A stretch of DNA of 64,000 nucleotides from positions 2,240,001-2,304,000 of the forward strand of contig OZ245365.1 of the NCBI GenBank assembly GCA_965226495.1, given 5' to 3'. This DNA is from Candidatus Marinacidobacterales bacterium. Lineage in GTDB: Bacteria; Acidobacteriota; Vicinamibacteria; Marinacidobacterales; DATDRI01. Shown one piece after another: positions 30,425 to 39,587 of the stretch (positions are counted from its first letter, which is position 1; every line of letters begins with the position of its first letter). The position numbers were made by a program, and so were the translations under genes. Under the pieces are notes generated by a model. It searched no databases. It saw nothing but the letters and a program-made list of their open reading frames with translations, and was not told the DNA's origin.

Positions 30425-32139
30425 TGTCCACCTTTCTTTTGATACACGACCTGCCCGCTGAAGACCGTGGTAAGGACGTCGGTATCGCTGATGTCGTCGA
30501 CAGCGATCTCGAGCAGATTGCGGTCAAGCACCAGAAAATCCGCGTACTTGCCTTCTTCGATCGATCCAATTCGGTCTTCGGCAAGCATGGCGTACGCGCC
30601 ACCCATCGTGTAAACATGGATCGCTTCTTCTACGGAAATACTCTCCGCCGCATTGTTCGCCTCAGACTCGTCAGGGCCGACCCAGGGGTTTCTGCGATGT
30701 GTCATGCCCTCGAGCAATGGCCATGGATCCTGAGGAAGACTGGAATAGTCAGTCCCTGTGCCGACAATCGCGCCGGCATCAAGGGCGGTTCGCATGGGCT
30801 GCATGCGATTCAGTCGTTCCTGCCCTACGAACTGGAGATAGGATTCGTGGATTCCCGGAAACGTGAATGAAAAATAGGGTGCGAAACCGATTACGCCATT
30901 TAGTTTCACAAGCCGGTCGATCTGGTCTGGGGTGATGAATCCCAAATGATCCGGGTAATGGCGCGTATTCAACTTGCCGCCATTGGCTTCGGCCGCAGCC
31001 TCCAGTGCCTCGACGAGATACTCAATCGTTTGATCGCCAATGGCGTGGAACTGGACGCTGACCTCTTTTGCGTCGAGTAACTGCACAAGTCGGGTTAATT
31101 CGGCCGGCTCGATATTGGTACGACCGTACTCGTCCGTCGTACCTTCGAAGGGTTCCATCATGTTGATGCCGAAGCCGTTGAGGTCTCCGTCAACAAAGAT
31201 TTTCGCGAAATCGACACCGACATAGTCCGAGGCGTACTTTCCCCGGTCATCGATTTGCCGCATGCGTTCTTCAAGTGAGAATCGCGACTCGAAAAAGTTA
31301 ACGTCCAGTGAAACGGCCCAGTGAAGGCTCAGGTCGCCGCGCTCGGCGGCTCGATGCAAGGCTCGCAGGCCTTCTTCGACACCTTGTGCAGTTCGATGTC
31401 CTGTGATCCCGTTCCGATTGAATAACTCCTGAACGAATATCGCAGCCTGGTCATATATCTCAGCAGCCGGCGTCGGTAGGAACTTGTTGAGATGCCCGAT
31501 CGCTGTCTCGCGGATCGTGCCGGACGGCACGCCGTTTTCATCACGCTCGACAATAGCGAACTCGGGAGGCTCGAAGCCCGGGTCCATGAAACCGGCGATT
31601 TCCAGCGCCTTGGTGTTACACCAGCGGGCGTGTCCCCCCTGATCCATCAACGCAACCGGACGGTCCGGCACGACTTCATCGAGCCATTCACGCATGGGAT
31701 TTTCACGATCAAACATGCCTTTGGGCCAAGCCAATCCTTCGATCCATTCTTTGTCGGGGTTCGCTTCGGCATAGGCCACGACCTGCTGTTGAATGTCTTC
31801 CAGAGACTTGGGGTCGTCCAGTACCAGTTGATCTAATACCTGGATGGCGCTCATGAAAGGGTGGGTATGGGTGTCGATCATTCCCGGCATCACAAACTGG
31901 CCGCCAAGGTCCACGACCTCAGTGGCATCGCCAGTCACCGCCGCGACATCGGCGCTCGAGCCGACGACCAGGAACTTGCGGTCCTTAATTGCTACCGCCT
32001 CGGCCCAGGGCTGGGCGTCGTTGACGGTGTAGATCTTGCCGTTGGTGTAGACGGTGTCGGCGACTTCACCGGCCGGCTGCTGGGCACAGCCGAGCGTGAG
32101 GGCGACCAGAATTGTTGCGAGCCGAATCGTCGGTTTCAT
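30421..32139 (-). CDS. Amidohydrolase-3 (YtcJ/NfdA-like) lipoprotein, copy 3
   Basis: LTLGC lipobox, PGMIDTHTH, HAIGD, RHYPDH, GTD, GSIEEGKYAD. Confidence 0.92.
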   Translation of the reverse strand: MKPTIRLATILVALTLGCAQQPAGEVADTVYTNGKIYTVNDAQPWAEAVAIKDRKFLVVGSSADVAAVTGDATEVVDLGGQFVMPGMIDTHTHPFMSAIQVLDQLVLDDPKSLEDIQQQVVAYAEANPDKEWIEGLAWPKGMFDRENPMREWLDEVVPDRPVALMDQGGHARWCNTKALEIAGFMDPGFEPPEFAIVERDENGVPSGTIRETAIGHLNKFLPTPAAEIYDQAAIFVQELFNRNGITGHRTAQGVEEGLRALHRAAERGDLSLHWAVSLDVNFFESRFSLEERMRQIDDRGKYASDYVGVDFAKIFVDGDLNGFGINMMEPFEGTTDEYGRTNIEPAELTRLVQLLDAKEVSVQFHAIGDQTIEYLVEALEAAAEANGGKLNTRHYPDHLGFITPDQIDRLVKLNGVIGFAPYFSFTFPGIHESYLQFVGQERLNRMQPMRTALDAGAIVGTGTDYSSLPQDPWPLLEGMTHRRNPWVGPDESEANNAAESISVEEAIHVYTMGGAYAMLAEDRIGSIEEGKYADFLVLDRNLLEIAVDDISDTDVLTTVFSGQVVYQKKGGQ

Positions 32140-32180
32140 CGTGGTTCCTTTCGATGACGAGCACAAGCTTGAGTGAGGTG

Positions 32181-33002
32181 TCAGTTGAAAAAATATGAGA
32201 CCCCGAGCTTCAACTGCCAGCTCGGCGCCCCGTCCGGGCGAACGACCAGGGGATAGACGCCCACGCTCAGGTCCATGAAATCGCCGCTTTCGAAGACGAC
32301 GGCCTTGCCGAAGGTTAGACCCAGGGGCACGGCCGCGTTGTCGTCAGCGTTCCAGTTATAGGTGATCGAGTTGTTGTAACCGATGTAGGCACCGGGCATC
32401 GACTTCAATAGGTACATGACGATGGGCTGGAGGGTGAAGATACTGAAGTCGTCTTTGCCCCAGATCTGCATGCCGATAGCGCCGTAGGACCACTGGCCCG
32501 AACCGCCGAAGACGACGCCGGCCAGGCCGCCGCCCCACCCGGGGCCTGCAGTTCTGTCGGAGGTGTGGGTTTTGAGTGTGACCTGGGGACCGATGCCCCA
32601 CTTGAACGAGCCCTCCCCCTTGGGAGAGAAGAAGTACTGGACCACCGTGTCGCCGAGACCCCATTTGGAGCCGCTCTCCGGCCGGGGGTCGTCTCCGATC
32701 GGCGGTGCAACGGCGCCGGCCTCGAGGCCGATGATAGGTACCACCGCGCGGACGATCATGTTGATCTTGGTTTTGTTCGGGATCGCATAGACGGGCTGGA
32801 CCTGGAAGCCGAAGGACGTGTCGTCCTCATCCTCCCCGGCGTTGAAGGCGATGGTGTTGTCGGTCATGATTGCCTTGACGTTGCCGAGGGGGTCGGAGGC
32901 TTTGCGCGCCGCCTCCTCCTCGGGGCTCAATCCCTGGGCCCAGGCCCCGTCCGCTAGAACGGTGAGGACGGCGAGGATTGCTAGGAGAGTTGTCTTTTTC
33001 AC
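32181..33002 (-). CDS. Putative outer-membrane beta-barrel protein
   Basis: Signal peptide (AWA), QVQPVYAIP, GLGDT, WGIGPQ, amphipathic beta pattern, aromatic C-terminus LGVSYFFN; GTG start. Confidence 0.75.
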   Translation of the reverse strand: MKKTTLLAILAVLTVLADGAWAQGLSPEEEAARKASDPLGNVKAIMTDNTIAFNAGEDEDDTSFGFQVQPVYAIPNKTKINMIVRAVVPIIGLEAGAVAPPIGDDPRPESGSKWGLGDTVVQYFFSPKGEGSFKWGIGPQVTLKTHTSDRTAGPGWGGGLAGVVFGGSGQWSYGAIGMQIWGKDDFSIFTLQPIVMYLLKSMPGAYIGYNNSITYNWNADDNAAVPLGLTFGKAVVFESGDFMDLSVGVYPLVVRPDGAPSWQLKLGVSYFFN

Positions 33003-33023
33003 ACTTTCGCTCCAGTACTCCTG

Positions 33024-33089
33024 CTCGTAAGCCACTTTTCCTTTGAAGATGGTCTTCTCAACTTCAGTCTTGTTGATCTCGGTTTCGGG
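33024..33089 (-). pseudogene. C-terminal relic of a fourth amidohydrolase copy
   Basis: PETEINKTEVEKTIFKGKVAYE aligns to PETEIHKTEIQKTIFKGEVVYE at the end of copy 1; the DNA is also visibly similar. Confidence 0.85.
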
Positions 33090-33162
33090 ATCTCGAGAAG
33101 CGATCGGTAAACAGTAGTCTCTTGGTCTCATGTCTCATCTCTTTCCGAGGAGTTTAAAGAAC

Positions 33163-33831
33163 TTAGCGGCAGGAAACGCCCAGCTCGCGGCGTTCTGTGC
33201 GCATGTCGAGGACGACTTTGTCGGTTTCGATGCTGGCTTGCTGCACGGTGTCGATGTCCGGATCCTTTTCGGCGATCTCTTCGAAGTACTGGTTGGCTTT
33301 CTTCGAGTCGCGCTGATCGACTGCCACCATGGCATCGAGCCAGATCGACGTAATGCGGTGGTCTTCGTTCTCAGAAACCGCTCCGACTTGGGCGAGCGCC
33401 GAGGCTCGTTTGTGCTGGCAGGCCCGAAGCGCCTTGTAGCCCTCATAGTTGTCTTTACCGATCGCCTCTTCGACTTGCCGCTCTAGGTCCTGGTTGGCTT
33501 TTTGAGCAACCTCAGCGGCCTGCTGTTCTTGCTGGCGTGTTTCCTGAACCTGGGTTTGCTGGGCCTTCTTCTTTTCTTTCCTCTCCTGCTCCTGCACGAC
33601 GGTGTTGGCGATGAGCCCGCCCGCCGCGCCGAGCGCTGCACCCTGAATGGAGCCGACGATCGGGTCGCGCCCAAGGGCGACGCCCAGGAGGGCCCCGATA
33701 CCGGCGGCCTTGCCCACTCCCACTACTTCTGTTTTTTCTTGAGGCTCGGCGGCCAGCGAAACGTGCACCGAGTCAAGCAGGACGGTCGCGACGAAGAGAC
33801 CTGTCGTTCCGAAAGCAATGTTTCTGTCCAT
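33163..33831 (-). CDS. Glycine-zipper-containing exported/membrane protein with a Q/E-rich coiled coil
   Basis: GKAAGIGALLGVALG...GAALGAAGGLI; signal-like N-terminus; GGGAG RBS. Confidence 0.8.
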   Translation of the reverse strand: MDRNIAFGTTGLFVATVLLDSVHVSLAAEPQEKTEVVGVGKAAGIGALLGVALGRDPIVGSIQGAALGAAGGLIANTVVQEQERKEKKKAQQTQVQETRQQEQQAAEVAQKANQDLERQVEEAIGKDNYEGYKALRACQHKRASALAQVGAVSENEDHRITSIWLDAMVAVDQRDSKKANQYFEEIAEKDPDIDTVQQASIETDKVVLDMRTERRELGVSCR

Positions 33832-34011
33832 AGAAGGTTCTCCCTACCCATAGGAACGCATATAAACTAGCTACTTCTATAAGCGTTGAAAGCCAGAATG
33901 TTCCGCAGCGGGAATTCTACTCGAAATCGAGGAAGCTCGACGAGCCCCGGAAAACGACGAAGGTATCCCGAACTTGATCTTCTGGAAGGCCCATTTTATC
34001 TCGGCGCTTCC

Positions 34012-34134
34012 ATAAAGGCCGACCTCGTTGTGATGGGATTCCGCGGTGTCACTGGTGTTGAGCGCTTTCTCGTGGGCAGCGCAACGGAGAAAGTCGCCCG
34101 GTTTAGCGAAGTGCCAGTGTGGGTGGTGAAGTAG
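34012..34134 (+). pseudogene. Universal stress protein (Usp) C-terminal fragment
   Basis: ADLVVMGFRGVTGVERFLVGSATEKVARFSEVPVWVVK is the Usp C-terminal signature; no N-terminal half upstream. Confidence 0.85.
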
Positions 34135-34167
34135 ACCCGCGGGTCGCCGAAACTTCGAACAAGGGCA

Positions 34168-35181
34168 CTAGGGCGCCCCGCCGAATAGCTCGGCCCAGCT
34201 GAAGACGATCGGCTCCGGGGTGAAGCACAGAACAAAAGTCGCGTACCCCAAAATACCCATCCACTTTCGGCTCTTGGGCAGGGGAGTCTCGTCGCTGAGG
34301 GTCGGTAGGTGTGGCCGCCGGATCCCGAGCAGAAATGCCAGGAGTGCCCAGACTAGCCAGGTCGGTCCGAAATACGCCATCGGGAAAAGCAGCAAAAACG
34401 CGATGCGCGACACTCGATGAGCGTTTCCCCGGAGAAGGGCGTAGGTGGCGTGCCCGCCGTCTAGCTGCCCAATGGGCATCAAGTTAATCGCCGTGGCGAG
34501 AAGGCCGAACCACGCAGCGAGTCCCACCGGGCTGATATAGAGGACTTGGTCGGCGGGTGCGTCAGGCCAAATCAACGCGCTGACGAGTTTGAAGAGGATA
34601 GGTTCTCCCAAGGTAAGGCCCTCTCCTCCGAGAGGCGGACCAAGCTTCGATTGGGAGATGCCGACGAAGAGAGCGGGAATCGTAACGATGAAGCCCGCGA
34701 ACGGACCGGCCAAGCCAATATCGATGAGCGAACGGCGGTGCGGGAAAGGTGATCGAATGAGAATGAACGCGCCCATCGTACCGATGATCGAAAACGGAAA
34801 GGGAATGAAGTAGGGGAGGCTAGCTTTGACATGATAGTAGCGCGCTGTGAGGTAGTGACCCATTTCATGCGAGAGAAGGATCGCCATGATGGTGAAGCTG
34901 AAGGGGGCACCATAAGTGAGAACGGTCTGGAGCTGTTTCGCCATCGGCATGACGCCGGGGAAAAGCTCCTGCGCCTCGGCAGAGGCGAACGCGAGTCCTT
35001 GGTAGGCGCCGACCAGCAAGGTCGAAGCGGTCGTCAGTAGAAACAGAACGACCTGAACGATCGGAAAACGGGGGCTAATGCGAGGTGCTCGAGGTGCTTG
35101 GCCGTAGGCCGGCCCTAGGAGTTCGTCTCGGAGAGGGGAAGTCGGCGAAGAGATGAGAGCCTCGGAGGAAACCCGAGTCAG
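34168..35181 (-). CDS. Site-2 protease, peptidase M50 family (start uncertain)
   Basis: HEMGH, IGLAGP, NLMPIGQLDGGH. The frame is open back to the HU stop, with no ATG/GTG/TTG before the first TM helix. CTG at 35181 is used tentatively. Confidence 0.88.
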   Translation of the reverse strand: MTRVSSEALISSPTSPLRDELLGPAYGQAPRAPRISPRFPIVQVVLFLLTTASTLLVGAYQGLAFASAEAQELFPGVMPMAKQLQTVLTYGAPFSFTIMAILLSHEMGHYLTARYYHVKASLPYFIPFPFSIIGTMGAFILIRSPFPHRRSLIDIGLAGPFAGFIVTIPALFVGISQSKLGPPLGGEGLTLGEPILFKLVSALIWPDAPADQVLYISPVGLAAWFGLLATAINLMPIGQLDGGHATYALLRGNAHRVSRIAFLLLFPMAYFGPTWLVWALLAFLLGIRRPHLPTLSDETPLPKSRKWMGILGYATFVLCFTPEPIVFSWAELFGGAP

Positions 35182-35205
35182 CGGAAGGAGAAGTTTCCCG
35201 CGAGA

Positions 35206-35475
35206 CTACGGAATGCTTTGTAAATCCTTGCCCGGCTTGAAGCGGATGGTTCGTCCGGGAGGTATCCGAACCTCTTTCCCGGTACGTGGGTTCCGGCCGA
35301 TGCCGCGCTTACGTGGCTTGACCTGGAAGACCCCAAAGCCCCGCAGCTCGATGCGCTCGCCGCGCTTCATCGACTGTTTCATGGCATCCAAAACCGCCTC
35401 CACCGCCTGCTCAGATTTCACCTTTGTGATGTTCGCGGCAGCAGACACCTCGTTGATGATGTCTACCTTTATCAT
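35206..35475 (-). CDS. hup: HU family DNA-binding protein
   Basis: IELRGFGVF, GRNPRTG, FKPGK; GGAGG RBS. Confidence 0.93.
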   Translation of the reverse strand: MIKVDIINEVSAAANITKVKSEQAVEAVLDAMKQSMKRGERIELRGFGVFQVKPRKRGIGRNPRTGKEVRIPPGRTIRFKPGKDLQSIP

Positions 35476-35503
35476 ATTGACCTCCCGAGAGATAGCAGCA
35501 TTC

Positions 35504-35533
35504 ATTATAGGAGGAGCATCAAGAACGTGTCAA
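35504..35533 (-). promoter_or_regulatory. Consensus sigma70 promoter for hup
   Basis: Minus strand reads TTGACA-18 nt-TATAAT. Confidence 0.8.
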
Positions 35534-35644
35534 GCACTTTCCCCCATATCATGCTCTAAACAGCGAGGTTAGCGGGTTGCCCGCGGTCTCGAGCGGTGTT
35601 ATACTCGGGGACCTTCCTCGGAACTGATAGATTAATAAAGAGAT

Positions 35645-36967
35645 ATGGGCGAAAAAGTACTTCCGGTAGTCGCCATCGTCGGGCGACCGAACGTCGGCAA
35701 ATCGACTCTCTTCAATCGCATCACCGGTGTCCGTCGCGCGATCGTCGACGCCGTGGCTGGGTCGACTCGGGACCGTAACAAGGCGCCCGCGAATTGGGCC
35801 GGTACGGATTTCGAGCTCGTGGACACCGGCGGCCTCTACGATCATCCAGACACTTCGCTCGAACACCAGGTCGTCGCACAGTGCGAGGTCGCGATCGAAG
35901 AGGGCGATTTGCTCTGTTGGGTCGTGGACGGTATCGCCGGGATCGTCCCCGAAGACGAAGCGGTCGCCCAGAAACTTCGGCCCCACTCAGAGCGGGTGCT
36001 GCTGGTGGTGAACAAGGTCGACCATCGTCGCCGAGAAGCCGAAGCCATGGAGTTTCACCGCCTAGGGTTTGGGTCGCTTTTAGAGGTGTCAGCCGAGCAT
36101 GGGCTGGGCGTCAACGATCTCTTGGATGAGATCGTGAGACGTCTGCCGGAAACGACCGAGCTCGAGGAGAGGGATGAAATCCGAATCGCGATCGTCGGTC
36201 GTCCCAACGTTGGCAAGTCATCTCTATTGAATCGGTTCGCCGGCGAAGAGCGCGCGGTGGTTAGTGACAAGGCTGGTACCACTCGCGATCCCGTAGATAC
36301 GGTGCTCGAAGTGGAGGGACGCGTCTATCGTTTCGTGGACACCGCAGGGATTCGTCGGCGAGGCAAGACACCGTCGCGCGCCGATCAGATCAGTGTGCTC
36401 TACGCCGAGCGTGCCATCGCCCGAGCGCACATTTGCTTGCTGGTCGTCGATGCTAGCGAAGGGCTCACGAGTGAGGATCGCACTATCGCTGGCAAGGTGG
36501 CTGACGCAGGACGGGGAGCGATTATCGTCTTTAACAAGTGGGATATTGTCGAGGAGCGCGAAAAAGAGGCTAAGGAGCGCCGGGAAGACGTAGCCGAAGA
36601 TCTCCCGCATCTTGCCTTTGCACCTCTCGTGTTCGTTTCTGCTCTCGATGGAAGGAGTACCCACAAGATCCTTCCTCTGGTCGATGGGGTTAGGAAGCAG
36701 CAGACGCAACGTATTGCTACACCAACACTTAACCAGTTTCTCCAGACCGAAGCGAGCCATCACCCCCCCCGAGCCAAGGGCGGCAAGGAGGTCAATCTCT
36801 TCTACATGGCGCAGGTAGGCACGACACCGCCCCGTTTCGTCGTGTTCGCCAGCAAGTCGAAGGAAGTCGAGCGCACCTACACGCGCTACCTCGCGCGCCG
36901 TCTTCGGGAGGAGTTCGGGTTCGAGGGAACTCCGGTCCGGGTGACGCTCCGAGAACGCCGCAAGTAG
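35645..36967 (+). CDS. der: Ribosome biogenesis GTPase Der
   Basis: Two GRPNVGKS G-domains, DTGG/DTAG, NKVD/NKWD, FGFEGTP. Confidence 0.98.
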   Translation: MGEKVLPVVAIVGRPNVGKSTLFNRITGVRRAIVDAVAGSTRDRNKAPANWAGTDFELVDTGGLYDHPDTSLEHQVVAQCEVAIEEGDLLCWVVDGIAGIVPEDEAVAQKLRPHSERVLLVVNKVDHRRREAEAMEFHRLGFGSLLEVSAEHGLGVNDLLDEIVRRLPETTELEERDEIRIAIVGRPNVGKSSLLNRFAGEERAVVSDKAGTTRDPVDTVLEVEGRVYRFVDTAGIRRRGKTPSRADQISVLYAERAIARAHICLLVVDASEGLTSEDRTIAGKVADAGRGAIIVFNKWDIVEEREKEAKERREDVAEDLPHLAFAPLVFVSALDGRSTHKILPLVDGVRKQQTQRIATPTLNQFLQTEASHHPPRAKGGKEVNLFYMAQVGTTPPRFVVFASKSKEVERTYTRYLARRLREEFGFEGTPVRVTLRERRK

Positions 36968-36991
36968 GGCCCCATCGTGTAATGTTTACGC

Positions 36992-37019
36992 TTGACTTGG
37001 GTGACAAGTCTCATATAAT
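36992..37019 (+). promoter_or_regulatory. Sigma70 promoter with an overlapping dyad, upstream of ihf-merR
   Basis: TTGACT-16 nt-TATAAT; GACTTG-N5-CAAGTC inverted repeat. Confidence 0.6.
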
Positions 37020-37118
37020 GCATTAGGATATCAACTGAACCTCTAGTCTTTTCAGTCCTTTAACTTAACCAGTATTGACCTCTGTGCGCCGAGTGCCGAA
37101 TGGTGTTTTGACTTCTCT

Positions 37119-37394
37119 ATGACCAAGGCCGACCTTGCTAGGGTGGTTTACGAACGTCACGGCGGCCTCTCTAACAAGGAGGCCTCCAAGTTGGTGGACT
37201 TGATACTCGGCTTTATCAAGGAAGGCCTAAAGAGTGGCCAAAGAGTGCAAATCACCGGTTTCGGAACATTTGCTGTCAGGGGCAAGAAGGGCCGAAAGGG
37301 CCGGAATCCGCAAACTGGCGAGGAGATGAATATCCTTCCCCGCAAGTCGGTCGTGTTCAAGCCCTCGAAATCGTTTCAGGCCACCCTCACTTGA
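37119..37394 (+). CDS. IHF-alpha/HU family DNA-binding protein
   Basis: MTKADL, ITGFGTF, GRNPQTGE, FKPS; followed by MerR and tRNA-Pro as in the usual ihfA locus. Confidence 0.92.
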   Translation: MTKADLARVVYERHGGLSNKEASKLVDLILGFIKEGLKSGQRVQITGFGTFAVRGKKGRKGRNPQTGEEMNILPRKSVVFKPSKSFQATLT

Positions 37395-37426
37395 GTGGTT
37401 AGCGCCGAAAACCGATCCGAGCGAGC

Positions 37427-37822
37427 ATGGATAAGAAGATCCCGAACAAGCTCTTCTTCAAGATCGGGGAAGTCTGCGATCTGACCGAGACCCAGCCCTA
37501 CGTCCTACGCTATTGGGAGTCGGAGTTTCCTGCGCTGGCTCCAGCCAAGAACAACTCGGGACAACGCATCTATCGGCGCCGAGATATCGAGACCATTCTT
37601 CGCATCAAGGCGCTGCTTTATGAGGAGGGTTTCACCATCGCCGGCGCCAAGAAGAGGCTAGAGCAGGAAGTGAAAGAAGAAGGGGCTGGGGATAAAGGGC
37701 AGCCGCCCGTCACGCGTCCTCTCGAGGGCGAGATGAGCGGCGGCCGGATCGAGGAAATCAAGTCGGGGCTCAAGGATATTTTGCAGATTCTCGAAGCGAA
37801 CACCCCTAAGGTAGAGGAGTAG
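37427..37822 (+). CDS. MerR family transcriptional regulator
   Basis: [38 protein letters not shown]. Confidence 0.94.
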   Translation: MDKKIPNKLFFKIGEVCDLTETQPYVLRYWESEFPALAPAKNNSGQRIYRRRDIETILRIKALLYEEGFTIAGAKKRLEQEVKEEGAGDKGQPPVTRPLEGEMSGGRIEEIKSGLKDILQILEANTPKVEE

Positions 37823-37830
37823 GGGCTGCA

Positions 37831-37859
37831 TTGAACACCATTTCTGTGCGTGGTACGAT
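37831..37859 (+). promoter_or_regulatory. Probable promoter of tRNA-Pro
   Basis: TTGAAC-17 nt-TACGAT with TG extension. Confidence 0.55.
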
Positions 37860-37883
37860 GCAGTTTGCATCGAACGCCCAGAT

Positions 37884-37960
37884 CGGGACGTAGCGCAGCC
37901 TGGTAGCGCACTTGCTTGGGGTGCAAGTGGTCGTGGGTTCAAATCCCGCCGTCCCGACCA
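37884..37960 (+). tRNA. tRNA-Pro(GGG)
   Basis: 77-nt cloverleaf CGGGACG...CGTCCCG-ACCA; anticodon arm CTTGC-TTGGGGT-GCAAG; GTTCAAATC. Confidence 0.97.
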
Positions 37961-38071
37961 TATTTCCTGCTATCATCTTAGTAATAAATCCGGTCGAGAA
38001 TGTTGAGCTTCGAACCGGCGCCCGACCGCTTTGTCTTGGCGCCCGTCGTGTTCTAGTCAAGGAGGAAAGTC

Positions 38072-38836
38072 ATCCGAATCCTGGTGACGAATGACGACGG
38101 TGTGGAGTCCCCCGGGATTCATGCCCTTGCCGAGAAGCTGGCCGAGGTAGGCGAAGTCACCGTCGTGGCACCGGCCCACGAAGTTAGCGGCGTGAGCCAT
38201 GCGCTCACTCTCTCCGAGCCCTTGCGTTACGAGCAGCTCGAGGAAAGACTATTTTCCGTCGAGGGAACCCCTACCGATTGCGTGAATCTCGCGGTGGGGA
38301 ATCTCCTGCCGCACCGTCCGGATTTGGTGGTCTCCGGCATCAATCGCGGTGCGAACCTTGGCGATGACGTTACCTACTCTGGAACGGTGGCGGGTGCTAT
38401 GGAAGGCGCGATGCTCGGTATCACTTCCTTTGCGGTCTCTTTAGCATCGAAGACGTCCGAGGAGTTCGGGACCGCGAGCGAGTTCGCGGTGCAACTCGCG
38501 CACGTCATCACGCGCAAGACGTTGCCGCGGCAGACCTTTCTCAATGTGAACGTGCCCACCGGCGACGTCGAGGGCATTCGGATCACGAACCAGGGGGGCG
38601 GCGACTATCGAGCCAACGCCGATAAGCGTATGGAGCGACGGTCACGCGTTACCTTGTGGCTCAAGCGGGGCTTCAGCCGCTGGGAGCGAAACGGGATCTC
38701 CGATATCGCCGCGGTGCGCGAGAACCTGATCTCGGTGACACCTCTCCACATCGACTTCACGAACTACAACGCCTTAGATGAGCTCGCCTCCTGGGGGCTA
38801 AATTGGAACGGTGGCCCCCGTAACCACAGTCGTTGA
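38072..38836 (+). CDS. surE: 5'/3'-nucleotidase SurE (apparent ATC start)
   Basis: RILVTNDDG, GTPTDCV, SGINRGANLG, YSGTVAGA, SVTPL; AAGGAGG lies 6 nt before ATC at 38072. Confidence 0.95.
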   Translation: MRILVTNDDGVESPGIHALAEKLAEVGEVTVVAPAHEVSGVSHALTLSEPLRYEQLEERLFSVEGTPTDCVNLAVGNLLPHRPDLVVSGINRGANLGDDVTYSGTVAGAMEGAMLGITSFAVSLASKTSEEFGTASEFAVQLAHVITRKTLPRQTFLNVNVPTGDVEGIRITNQGGGDYRANADKRMERRSRVTLWLKRGFSRWERNGISDIAAVRENLISVTPLHIDFTNYNALDELASWGLNWNGGPRNHSR

Positions 38837-38851
38837 GACGCCCTTCCTGAC

Positions 38852-39451
38852 ATGAAATTGTTTCGCCGTCTCTACGATTGGGTCATGCATTGGGCCGAGA
38901 CGCCCTACGGCACACCGGCTTTGGGCCTGCTGTCTTTTGCGGAGTCCGCTTTCTTTCCGGTCCCCCCCGATCCACTCCTGATTGCGCTGTCACTTTCGAG
39001 ACCGAGACGGGCGATCTTCTACGCGGCGGTGACGTCGGTGTGCTCCGTTGCCGGTGGGCTGCTCGGCTATGCGATCGGAGCCTGGGCGTGGCACTTGGTA
39101 GAGGACTTCTTCTTCCAATACTTGGGGCCGATGGGCTTCACCCCTGACAATTTCGAAGTCGTGCAAGGCAAGTACGAGGCGAACGCCTTCATGGCTATCT
39201 TCGCTGCCGGACTTACGCCGATCCCGTACAAGGTTTTTACCGTGGCGGCGGGGGTCTTCTCGCTTAGTTTGGGCCCATTCGTCTTGGCTTCGATCTTGAG
39301 CCGTTCGCTCAGGTTCTTCGGTGTGGCCACGCTCATTACGCTCTTCGGGCCGAGCATCAAGGTCTTCATCGACCGCTACTTCAACGTCTTGACGGTCCTC
39401 TTCTTCGTGCTCCTATTTGGAGGTTTCCTCGTGGTAAGGTATCTTTTGTAG
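38852..39451 (+). CDS. YqaA/DedA (VTT-domain) membrane protein
   Basis: [29 protein letters not shown]. Confidence 0.93.
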   Translation: MKLFRRLYDWVMHWAETPYGTPALGLLSFAESAFFPVPPDPLLIALSLSRPRRAIFYAAVTSVCSVAGGLLGYAIGAWAWHLVEDFFFQYLGPMGFTPDNFEVVQGKYEANAFMAIFAAGLTPIPYKVFTVAAGVFSLSLGPFVLASILSRSLRFFGVATLITLFGPSIKVFIDRYFNVLTVLFFVLLFGGFLVVRYLL

Positions 39452-39464
39452 TCTAGTTTGAAGT

Positions 39465-39541
<77 letters not shown>

Positions 39542-39587
39542 TTTTAGACGGCGCGTGGCCGCGCCTCACATCCTCCTTGGCTTGACG

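Noticed and set aside
33003-33131. N-terminal extension of the barrel ORF as a real fusion
   Set aside because: It is an amidohydrolase tail relic; the signal peptide and RBS point to GTG 33002
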